Positions 28,212 to 36,120 of a stretch of 36,214 nt of DNA are shown here, one piece after another. Under the pieces are notes generated by a model that made no database searches, was not told the DNA's origin, and was given only the letters and a program-made list of their open reading frames with translations. A program made the position numbers and the translations under genes. Positions within the stretch are counted from its first letter, which is position 1. Each line of letters begins with the position of its first letter. The stretch covers positions 1 through 36,214 of the IMG/VR virus record IMGVR_UViG_3300044676_001919. One strand, 5' to 3'. The stretch comes from a virus (taxonomy: Duplodnaviria > Caudoviricetes).

Positions 28212-28481
28212 TTATTCTTCTGATTTAGATTCTTCTACTTTAACGGATTTATTTTCTGCTGGTTTTTGAGCTTTTGTTTTTGCTGGCTCTGCTTTTTTAG
28301 CAGGAGCTTTTTTAGCTTTTGGCTTGTCTAAAGCACCTTGCTCTTTCAACCACTCTGTTGGATATTCCTTACCAGCTTTAGCAATTAAATCTGCACCGCT
28401 AACTGGTAAATCTGCTGGAACACCTTTCCAGATTTTTCCGTCTGGTAATTTATAAACGTTTGTGTCTAATATTGTATACAT
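28212..28481 (-). CDS. Small head-associated protein with Lys/Ala/Pro-rich tail (89 aa)
   Basis: Lies between MCP and adaptor; KAQKPAENKS-type tail; AGGA RBS. Confidence 0.7.
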   Translation of the reverse strand: MYTILDTNVYKLPDGKIWKGVPADLPVSGADLIAKAGKEYPTEWLKEQGALDKPKAKKAPAKKAEPAKTKAQKPAENKSVKVEESKSEE

Positions 28482-28497
28482 AATAATCTATCCTACC

Positions 28498-28554
28498 TTA
28501 CTTCCCACGCTTCTTTGGTTTTTTATTCTTCTTCGGCTTCTTGTGATAAGGCAT
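28498..28554 (-). CDS. Putative 18-aa Lys-rich micropeptide MPYHKKPKKNKKPKKRGK
   Basis: ATG preceded by CACAGGAGAATA, identical to the 12-mer upstream of the major capsid start; ends 16 nt before the next gene. Confidence 0.6.
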   Translation of the reverse strand: MPYHKKPKKNKKPKKRGK

Positions 28555-28681
28555 TATTCTCCTGTGTTTTAGGCTCCATTTTCCTAAAGCTTCTAATTAT
28601 ATCTTCAGACTTTTTAAAGAAATCTTCATCTCTAATTATTAGTCCGAATGGGTTTAAACTTTTTCTTGGATTCTTTTCCAT
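28523..28681 (-). CDS. Hypothetical protein (52 aa, MEKNPRKSLNPFG...)
   Basis: ATG at 28681 with GGGAGAATA RBS just downstream of the post-capsid hairpin; preferred over the 28789 start, which overlaps MCP and the hairpin. Confidence 0.55.
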   Translation of the reverse strand: MEKNPRKSLNPFGLIIRDEDFFKKSEDIIRSFRKMEPKTQENNALSQEAEEE

Positions 28682-28696
28682 TATTCTCCCTTCATC

Positions 28697-28733
28697 TGTT
28701 TTTGGGGGTAGTACGAACCACCCCCAGAAAACA
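28697..28733 (-). terminator. GC-rich stem-loop after major capsid gene (terminator/attenuator or mRNA-stabilising hairpin)
   Basis: Minus strand TGTTTTCTGGGGGTGGT-TCGT-ACTACCCCCAAAAACA, 9 nt after the MCP stop; no U-tract follows it. Confidence 0.6.
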
Positions 28734-28742
28734 AATACTAAA

Positions 28743-29990
28743 TTACATATTTGTAATTGAGCAAAATGCGGTTGGTTTATAAACAGCAAAACCTAGTCGC
28801 ATTGTCAATCTAATTGCTAATTGATTCTTAGCAAAGAAATCGCTATGGCTATCAGATACAGCGAGGTCAACGCCATCTCTCATTATTACTTGAGCAGCGT
28901 CGCCACCACCAAATTTACCGACAAGCACTGTTCCAGCAGCAATAACTGTTGAAGGAACAACTCTTAGGCCCCAAATTCTTGGAGCTGCATCGGCACCGAA
29001 TCCACCAGCAACAACGAAGAGAGGATTCTTAGCAGCATAACCTGCTGAAGATGTTCCTGCAAAATCGTTAACGCTAGTTACGATATCGTACCAATCGCTT
29101 GGATGCATTACAATTGCATCAGGCTCGACAAATGCGTCTTTCCTGATTTCTGTAATAGCTTGATAAATTTGTCCTAACTTTCCTAATTCTCCAGAGTATG
29201 AAGAGTTATCAAATGTATTGATACCTGATTTGTTCAATACACCAGTTAGATTAGGTGCGCTTCCGTCACCATTTACTAATTGATTGTCCATATTCAATTT
29301 CATCATTGTTGATAATCTTGAATTGACATATCCTTGAATTCCAGCAACATCACTTAACAATTCGTCAGTTACAGGTAAGAAAGTAGCCATCTTTCTGATG
29401 GATTCTGTTCTTTCTGTAAATGCAAGTGCTGATTCTAGAGAAGAGGAGATGTCTCCTGCTTCTGCGATTGAACCCGCATTGTTAGTGAAAGTTGTTTCTT
29501 CAAGATAAACATAAGCATTTTGAGTTGTTTGAATTTGGTCAAACAATCCAATAACGCTGTCTGGATTTCTTAAAGCAGTCTCAAGGATTCCAGGAGCTCT
29601 TAAGCTCTCTGGTGGATAACCTGTTGTGTTCAAAGTTGTTTTAAATTCAACATTTGAATCTACACCTTTAACGCCATTTTCTACATATGCTTGATAAGCA
29701 TTTGTAGCAACTAGTTGTTCACCAATTGATTTAGCTTCTCCGCTTCCTGATACTTCAGGTTGTGGAATAGTGTTGACAGGTTCGTTTGCAATTTCCATTG
29801 CTTTCTCATTAGAAACTTTAGCTTCTTCGACTTTTAAATCATCAACAAGTCCAGCTAGTTCTGTGTTGAGGCCTTTGATTTTCTCTTTTGCTTCAGCACT
29901 GTACTTGCCATCTTCTGATGAGTCGAATACACCTTTAAGTTCGTCACGAGACTTAGCAATTTGGTCTTTAAGCTCTTGTGCTTTACTCAC
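28743..29990 (-). CDS. Major capsid protein, HK97 fold with N-terminal delta domain (415 aa)
   Basis: Coiled-coil N-terminus, then RK.AT...VT.ELL.D, Q...GDG...NL.G.L, MHP.DW, IWG..VV, F.KN..AIR...R......P.AF motifs. Confidence 0.96.
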   Translation of the reverse strand: MSKAQELKDQIAKSRDELKGVFDSSEDGKYSAEAKEKIKGLNTELAGLVDDLKVEEAKVSNEKAMEIANEPVNTIPQPEVSGSGEAKSIGEQLVATNAYQAYVENGVKGVDSNVEFKTTLNTTGYPPESLRAPGILETALRNPDSVIGLFDQIQTTQNAYVYLEETTFTNNAGSIAEAGDISSSLESALAFTERTESIRKMATFLPVTDELLSDVAGIQGYVNSRLSTMMKLNMDNQLVNGDGSAPNLTGVLNKSGINTFDNSSYSGELGKLGQIYQAITEIRKDAFVEPDAIVMHPSDWYDIVTSVNDFAGTSSAGYAAKNPLFVVAGGFGADAAPRIWGLRVVPSTVIAAGTVLVGKFGGGDAAQVIMRDGVDLAVSDSHSDFFAKNQLAIRLTMRLGFAVYKPTAFCSITNM

Positions 29991-30013
29991 GATATTCTCC
30001 TGTGATACTTAAT

Positions 30014-31291
30014 TTATACTTCTAGTTCGGTATCCACAGTTTCAGCTAATAATTGCTGACTCTCAACCCACAATGCATCGAATTCGTCATCTACTAAATC
30101 TTCTACAGCTTCTTCAGCTTCAGTCTCAGCTACAGGAGTAAGTTCTTCAGTTTCTTCTACTTCAACCTCAGTGGTTTCAACAGCTTCTTCTTCTGCAACT
30201 TCTTCTACCTCTGGCTCAACTTCTACAGTCTCGACATCAGGTTCCTCTGATGCTTCAACAACTTCTTCAGCTATAGCTTCTTCGTTAATAACTTCCTCAG
30301 CTGCAGCTATATCTTCATCGGAGTAATTACCAATGAAAGCGTCAATTTCTTGACTAGCTTCAGTGAGATATTCTTGCACTGCACGCAAAGCGTCAGTAGC
30401 TTTTATTCCCATTTTCCTTCCATCCTTAGCACGTAACGTCGCAATTGCGTTGGCTCGTGCCATTAAGTCGTCTAATGCAGCAAGCACATCTTTGACTTGT
30501 TGTGAGAAAGTAGTTTTCTCAACATCTTTTTCCTCTACTTCAGCAGAATTCTTTTCCTCTTCTTCTCTCATAGATTTCTCTATAGAAGCAAGGTAAGCTG
30601 GGTGGTCTTTGCAAGGCATGTACAAAACTGTACCTTCATGCTCATGCGTATGACTACCAGAACAACCTAATTCTTTAGCTCGTTCTTCAGCTTCTTCTGC
30701 TGTTTTGAATAAATCTTGTCCTGTGTATTTTTCTTCTGTTGATTCCTCTTCAGATTTAGACACTTCTTCTACAGTTTCAGTTGATTCATTAGCAATTTCT
30801 TTCATAAGTTTTTCGTTTGATTTGATTGCCATAGTGTAAGTTTCTTGATTTGCACCAACTAGAACTGGAGAAACTTCAAAAACTGTTAACTCTTTTAAGT
30901 ACCTTGCATCGAGTTCATTATCATCAGCATCTTTAAAAGAACCTCTTTCGCTGTCTGTAACTCTATATCCAAATGACCATTGTTGTAAGTCACCCATATT
31001 TTTTACAATGTTATAAGCTTCTTTACCTGATTCGGTATCCATAAAAAAGTTACCTTCAAAAGTTGCTTTATCGCCATCTTCTTTAATGCTTCCTTTACCA
31101 ATTGGCATATCCCACTTGTGAGCCCATACCATCGGAACTGAACCTGATTTAAAACCTGACTTTATTGCACCTGGAAGTACAACATCACCATCTGAATCTA
31201 AGTTGTTAAACACTGAAAATACAGCGCTAACTTTTCCTTCAGCTTCTTGTTTAAACTCTAGGTCTATATTCTTTATTTCTCTTTCTGACAT
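30014..31291 (-). CDS. HK97-family prohead protease with long acidic C-terminal extension (425 aa)
   Basis: SVFNN.D..GDV..PGA...W.H....PIG...WSFGY...EVS.V..GAN catalytic motifs in the first ~155 aa; extension contains AEERAKELGC.GSH...YMPC..H. Confidence 0.93.
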   Translation of the reverse strand: MSEREIKNIDLEFKQEAEGKVSAVFSVFNNLDSDGDVVLPGAIKSGFKSGSVPMVWAHKWDMPIGKGSIKEDGDKATFEGNFFMDTESGKEAYNIVKNMGDLQQWSFGYRVTDSERGSFKDADDNELDARYLKELTVFEVSPVLVGANQETYTMAIKSNEKLMKEIANESTETVEEVSKSEEESTEEKYTGQDLFKTAEEAEERAKELGCSGSHTHEHEGTVLYMPCKDHPAYLASIEKSMREEEEKNSAEVEEKDVEKTTFSQQVKDVLAALDDLMARANAIATLRAKDGRKMGIKATDALRAVQEYLTEASQEIDAFIGNYSDEDIAAAEEVINEEAIAEEVVEASEEPDVETVEVEPEVEEVAEEEAVETTEVEVEETEELTPVAETEAEEAVEDLVDDEFDALWVESQQLLAETVDTELEV

Positions 31292-31328
31292 GTCTTAATA
31301 TACTCCTGTAAGTTGTATTCTTATAATA

Positions 31329-33956
31329 TCAACTAGTGCCCAAATTTTGTGTCTTTTCATTAGTAATATCTTTGATTATTCTTAGATTTGATATTGGCAT
31401 AGTTACTTTTCTATCTGTCTTTTTATGTTTACCATTTTCCATAATTGCATACACTTGCATAGTAGCTTCACCGTCACCTACAGATGTAACAACACCATGA
31501 ACAGTAGAAGGTGGGTCTGGGTCCTTATTTATAGACCAACTAACAGATTGCCCCACCCTAACACTTGCTGCTTTCTCCCCACTTTTTTTAGATGAGAGAG
31601 GGTGAGAAGAAGGAAGTAAGTCTTGGTCGTAAGGTTTTCTCTTAAATCGGCCTGTACGCAAAGCGTGTAAGAACCCATTTACTCTGGCTAATCCCCACTG
31701 GTCAGCTCCAGTAACATTTCCTCTTACCGAGCCAGGATTGGTTCGATAAGCGCCCACACCTCTGTTAAAAACCCTAACTAGAGTACCAACTTGTACTGTA
31801 TGTTTAGGATTTTTATCATTATGTTCTTTAAGCTTATTACTCAATGCTTTTCTAATACCAGAACTTACTTTAGATAAATGAAATTCATTAATCATTTCTA
31901 TTTGATAATCAAGAGATTTTTTTCTTCTTTCTCTAACTAATTTCTTTCTTTCGTTAATAATTTTTTTCATAGCAGGTACACCAATATTGGAAACTCCACC
32001 CCATTTGATGTTTGCTATAGTTCCATTTAATCTTGTATTACCTTGATGTCTTCCCATGTATCGTTCTCTTCTTCGTACCCAATTTAAAACTGATTCACTT
32101 CTATCACCTGCTTTATATTTAACCCAATTTCTATAAGCATCATTACCAGTAAATGATGTTGGAGGATTACCACCATTACCAGCTAGTCTCCATATTTCTG
32201 GCCAGTTTTCTTTTAAATCTCTTGCATAACCATATGGAAATTCTTTATACTTTGAATTGGATATTCTTACAGCTCTATCATCTCCAGGACTTGGAAAATT
32301 TGTTCTATCTTTTTTTGGCTTTTCTTTCTTTTCACTTCTCCAAGAATCTGAGTCAACTTCTTCTAAAGATTCTGCTTCTTCAGTAGAAACTTTTATTTCA
32401 TCTACTTCTACAGATTTTTTCATAGAACCAAGATAATCTCTTGCTTCTTTCTCTGTTTTAAAACATTTTATAACTTCATAATCTTCATGACCAATTACAC
32501 ACCAAGCACCATTAGGCATCTGTGCAACATATTTTTCTTCAGACATTCTTTGTGTTGATTCTACTAATCTTTGTCTTGTGCTTTCTGCTGGAACTTCTGA
32601 TAAGCCTAGTAAATCTTTTTCACCTTCTCCGTTATACATAACTCTATCTCTTTCAAGTAAAGGTTCTCCATCTGTATTTATTTGAATCATATTTAGAGGT
32701 CTTAAGTAAATGTTATGTCTATCATCAGTTTCTAAACCAACTACTCTTCTAGCTTCCCCAATAGTTATCCAACCACCTTGAACACCTGTGTTAACTCTCT
32801 TATATAATTCATCCATATCTTCTTGTAAAGCTCTAACTTTTGTAACGTCATAGTCACAAATATATTCACTTTCTTTAAAATCTGGTTGCAACAATTGATG
32901 AGTTAACTCATTTGCTACTGTTTTCCATAATGGAATTAATTTTTGCTCTGTAAAAAATTCTCTTAATTCTCTAGTATTGTTGTAGGTTGCCGAATCCAGT
33001 CCAGCTCCGAGTCCAGCGAGTATTGCTGGGACACCTAACACTGCAGAAATTCTTTCTTCAGGTAACCTTCTTAATTCTTGAAGTTTCATTTGGTCAGGAG
33101 AAAAAGAAACTATATCAACATTCATTGAACCTGATAAAACCATTGGAGCACCTCTGTTGGCTCCTCCAAATTTTTGTTTATATGATTCAGATATAGCTTC
33201 AGCTTCTTCTCTAGTTGGTCCACCCATTGCATCATTTCTAGGTGACAATACAACACCTGGCACGGCCATATTATGTAATAAAGCTGCAGACCACTGTCCT
33301 GCTGCTTCATCTCCTAAAATTTCTCTAAGTACCCCTTTTAATGGTGCGTGACCTCTTCTATGGTCATTTGGGTCTATACCTTGTCTTATATGAACTACAT
33401 CATCGTAAGGAAGTTTTATTGGCTCGCCAGAACCATCAGCAAAATATTCATAATGTGTAATTAATTCTTTATCATTACCTCTGACACTAATTAAATTAGG
33501 CATTAAAGGAACAAGCTGTACAACCTTACCCTGTCCATTTCTATTTTTATATAAGAAAGCATCACCAACTGTATTTAATGCTAAAACAATGTAATGACTT
33601 ATAAGATTAGATGACATATAAGGATTTGGCCTTCTCCATAAATCAAATAATGGATGTTGGTAATTTACCTCTCTATTGCCATCATTATCCATTTTAACAA
33701 TTTGCAACATAGGTTCAGAAAATGCGGTTGATAATACATTAAGACATGCTATTACTGCGGAGTTTGCAGAACCATCACCTATCTCTTCTAATTGTTTTGT
33801 TTCCCAAAAACCAGATGTAGTATTGTAACCGTAGATAGAACTATCTAAACTATATGTTTGGTTGTATCTTCCTTGAAATTTTTTCTCTTCTGTATTTCTA
33901 TTTCCAGTTACAAAATCTCTAACTCTTTGAAATCTACTCTTATTCTGTTCTTCCAT
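31329..33956 (-). CDS. HK97-family portal protein with ~450-aa multi-domain C-terminal extension (875 aa)
   Basis: RPNPYMS...GDAF...DVVHIR...PGVVL...GG.N.G.P.VL...I..VLGVP...TYNN...GWITI.EAR..VG...PLNM portal core ends at about aa 422. Confidence 0.93.
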   Translation of the reverse strand: MEEQNKSRFQRVRDFVTGNRNTEEKKFQGRYNQTYSLDSSIYGYNTTSGFWETKQLEEIGDGSANSAVIACLNVLSTAFSEPMLQIVKMDNDGNREVNYQHPLFDLWRRPNPYMSSNLISHYIVLALNTVGDAFLYKNRNGQGKVVQLVPLMPNLISVRGNDKELITHYEYFADGSGEPIKLPYDDVVHIRQGIDPNDHRRGHAPLKGVLREILGDEAAGQWSAALLHNMAVPGVVLSPRNDAMGGPTREEAEAISESYKQKFGGANRGAPMVLSGSMNVDIVSFSPDQMKLQELRRLPEERISAVLGVPAILAGLGAGLDSATYNNTRELREFFTEQKLIPLWKTVANELTHQLLQPDFKESEYICDYDVTKVRALQEDMDELYKRVNTGVQGGWITIGEARRVVGLETDDRHNIYLRPLNMIQINTDGEPLLERDRVMYNGEGEKDLLGLSEVPAESTRQRLVESTQRMSEEKYVAQMPNGAWCVIGHEDYEVIKCFKTEKEARDYLGSMKKSVEVDEIKVSTEEAESLEEVDSDSWRSEKKEKPKKDRTNFPSPGDDRAVRISNSKYKEFPYGYARDLKENWPEIWRLAGNGGNPPTSFTGNDAYRNWVKYKAGDRSESVLNWVRRRERYMGRHQGNTRLNGTIANIKWGGVSNIGVPAMKKIINERKKLVRERRKKSLDYQIEMINEFHLSKVSSGIRKALSNKLKEHNDKNPKHTVQVGTLVRVFNRGVGAYRTNPGSVRGNVTGADQWGLARVNGFLHALRTGRFKRKPYDQDLLPSSHPLSSKKSGEKAASVRVGQSVSWSINKDPDPPSTVHGVVTSVGDGEATMQVYAIMENGKHKKTDRKVTMPISNLRIIKDITNEKTQNLGTS

Positions 33957-35176
33957 TAAAAAGCCTGCCAGGTTCTTTTGTTTTGTACGTGTTGCGCTCC
34001 AAGAGATAATGCATCAACCATATCATCATGTGCACCTAATGGGAACGTCAAAAGTTCCCTTTCTAAATCAGGTACCCATGGAGCATCAGCTCTAAAAAGC
34101 ACGTCACCTGCTTCCATCCTAGCCGATAATGGCAAAGCTTTTGTTATTTTATCCTTATCTGCAGACAATTCTATTACTCTTAATCCTGACCTTTGTGCCA
34201 TCTGAGCGAAAGGTTTTGATAATCCTTGCTTTTCTAATAATAAGTGTCTCCAATTATATCTTCTATACATCTGTGATATTTGAGGTACAACATCTGGTCC
34301 TTCTACTTTTACACGCACAACATCATTAATAAATAATCTCATATCAGGAGTTTGTGCAAAGGATACTATAGCTGTGTAATCTGATGAATCTGCTGTAGTT
34401 ACAGCAATATCAGCAGCGCCGAAATAATTTAGTTGGTCTGGATTCCATTGACTACCACCACCAATCCATAAATTATTGTTCTTTATAGAGTAATAAGAAA
34501 ACCATTCAGGTTTAAACATAGATTGTCCTGACTCAACAAACTGTGCTAAATACTCTTGAGCAAAAACAATAGAACCAACCTCTGACTTTGCAACTTCTAT
34601 TTCTTCTGGGTCTATTGCTGGATTATCTGTTGTAGCAAATTGAAACTTTTCCCAGTTAGGTAACTCATCTGCTGTTTCCCATAAATCATAAAACCAATTA
34701 CCAATTCCCATAGGTGTAGAAATAAATAAAGCACCACCTTTTCTTTCTGTTAAAGTTGGTCTTAATACTTCACGCCATACTTCTGGTTTAATAAATGCAG
34801 CCTCGTCCATAACTATAAAATCTAAACCTTCACCTCTTAGTCTTTGAGGATTGTCTGCTGATTTTGCTGCAATAAATCCACCATTAGGAAAATGTACTTC
34901 CATATTAGCTATTGATATTTTAGGCCTTATTTCTTCTGGAAATGAATACGCAGCATTTTCTATAGCTCTCCAACCAACTCTAGCTATAGAAAAAGTAGGT
35001 GCTACCCACCAAGCTCTTTTACCTGCTAAAGCAGTTTCTAAACATAACTGAACACCAAGTCTAGTTTTACCAAACCTTCTACCAGCACATAGTATTTTCC
35101 AACGTGCATCAGATTCAGCAACTTTTTTTTGTGCTATATGTAATGGTGGTAGCTGAGCTACATACTGATTCGACAT
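33956..35176 (-). CDS. terL: Terminase large subunit (406 aa)
   Basis: Walker A AGRRFGKT, LRGEGLDFIVMDEAA Walker B, ISTP.G..WFY coupling motif, nuclease D...DYTA and HDD.VDA. Confidence 0.96.
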   Translation of the reverse strand: MSNQYVAQLPPLHIAQKKVAESDARWKILCAGRRFGKTRLGVQLCLETALAGKRAWWVAPTFSIARVGWRAIENAAYSFPEEIRPKISIANMEVHFPNGGFIAAKSADNPQRLRGEGLDFIVMDEAAFIKPEVWREVLRPTLTERKGGALFISTPMGIGNWFYDLWETADELPNWEKFQFATTDNPAIDPEEIEVAKSEVGSIVFAQEYLAQFVESGQSMFKPEWFSYYSIKNNNLWIGGGSQWNPDQLNYFGAADIAVTTADSSDYTAIVSFAQTPDMRLFINDVVRVKVEGPDVVPQISQMYRRYNWRHLLLEKQGLSKPFAQMAQRSGLRVIELSADKDKITKALPLSARMEAGDVLFRADAPWVPDLERELLTFPLGAHDDMVDALSLGAQHVQNKRTWQAF

Positions 35177-35395
35177 TTATTGTTCGATTTCAGACTTCTT
35201 TCTTTTTAAACCATTTAAAGAATTTTCCAAAGTTGTTACTTGTTGCTGCCAAGCAAGATGTTGCTGTGACTCTTGTAACTTATTTGGTTCTATTAAACAT
35301 AGAGCCCAATGTTGTGCCTCTAAGTTTTTAATTTCATTATTTAAGATATTAGTTTTTTCTTCATCTGATATCATTGTGTAGTCATACTCTCTCAT
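35177..35395 (-). CDS. Small helical protein (72 aa), paralog of 7916-8185
   Basis: Abuts terL; coiled-coil pattern; similar to the two small ORFs in the fibre cluster. Confidence 0.75.
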   Translation of the reverse strand: MREYDYTMISDEEKTNILNNEIKNLEAQHWALCLIEPNKLQESQQHLAWQQQVTTLENSLNGLKRKKSEIEQ

Positions 35396-35398
35396 TAT

Positions 35399-35638
35399 TT
35401 ACCACCTGAATTTTTTCTTTTTTGCTTCTTGGTATTTCTGATATGATTTTGTTGTTAAATCGCTTGGGTCTTTTTCCCATTCAACATCTACTGGAGTTTC
35501 AAATGTAACATTTTTGCTAATTTGTCTCTTACATACAAAATTACACTTAGGACACTTAATCTCTGGGTCTTCAGTAATCTTATGTGTGATTTCGTAAAGT
35601 GTTTTACAACTCAAACATTTATAATCATATCTAGGCAT
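35399..35638 (-). CDS. FmdB-family zinc ribbon protein (79 aa)
   Basis: MPRYDYKCLSC...E......D....CPKC matches the MPxYxYxCxxC...CPxC signature. Confidence 0.85.
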   Translation of the reverse strand: MPRYDYKCLSCKTLYEITHKITEDPEIKCPKCNFVCKRQISKNVTFETPVDVEWEKDPSDLTTKSYQKYQEAKKKKFRW

Positions 35639-36014
35639 ATCTCCCCAAGTGAGCTCTTACCCACCTAGTGTACTCTCTTTTAGCACCTGTTAAAGTTTTT
35701 CCATCGAAAATATCGTGATGAAACTTACAGAAGATAGCAACATTACCTTCATTGTTAGAAATGTCTCTATTCATTCCTCCCATACCTATTCCAGTAATGT
35801 GTGCCATCTCCAGCCACTGTGTTGTGTCGCACTCTGGCCACTCACATTTATAGTTTGCTCGTTTCAATGCTTTTTCTCTTAAAGCTGATTTATTTATCTT
35901 TCCAGTACCTTCACGCTTTTTTTGTCCCATACCAGATATACCATGAGATTTACTTCTACGCTTTTTAAATTCTGCATAAGTTTCGTTTTCTGGGTCCCAC
36001 TCAACTCTAGCCAT
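35631..36014 (-). CDS. HNH endonuclease-like protein (127 aa)
   Basis: R..AL.R..Y.CEWPEC....LEMAHI...N....C..HH..FD; located upstream of terL like HK97 gp74-type packaging HNH genes. Confidence 0.72.
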   Translation of the reverse strand: MARVEWDPENETYAEFKKRRSKSHGISGMGQKKREGTGKINKSALREKALKRANYKCEWPECDTTQWLEMAHITGIGMGGMNRDISNNEGNVAIFCKFHHDIFDGKTLTGAKREYTRWVRAHLGRYA

Positions 36015-36120
36015 GTGATTCTCTTTTATCTAAAGACAACAAACACATATCACAAATTGTAAGAACATCAGATTTTAATAATTCTTTTTTACAAACTCTA
36101 CAAAAATATTTATCAATCAT
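36007..36120 (-). CDS. Small CxxC-CxxC zinc-binding protein (37 aa), not in ORF track
   Basis: MIDKYFCRVCKKELLKSDVLTICDMCLLSLDKRESHG*; 8-nt overlaps with both neighbours. Confidence 0.65.
   Translation of the reverse strand: MIDKYFCRVCKKELLKSDVLTICDMCLLSLDKRESHG

Noticed and set aside
28682-28789. N-terminal 36 aa of the listed 88-aa ORF 28523-28789
   Set aside because: Overlaps the MCP end and runs through the hairpin; ATG 28681 has a proper RBS.
12704-33310. Short alternative-frame minus ORFs (12704-12889, 13838-14020, 16219-16413, 33122-33310)
   Set aside because: Fully nested in well-supported genes, with no motif support.
411-35331. All plus-strand ORFs in the track (e.g. 411-725, 17469-18155, 22629-23036)
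   Set aside because: Antisense shadows of long minus-strand genes, with Ser/Val/Pro-biased nonsense composition and no recognisable motifs.
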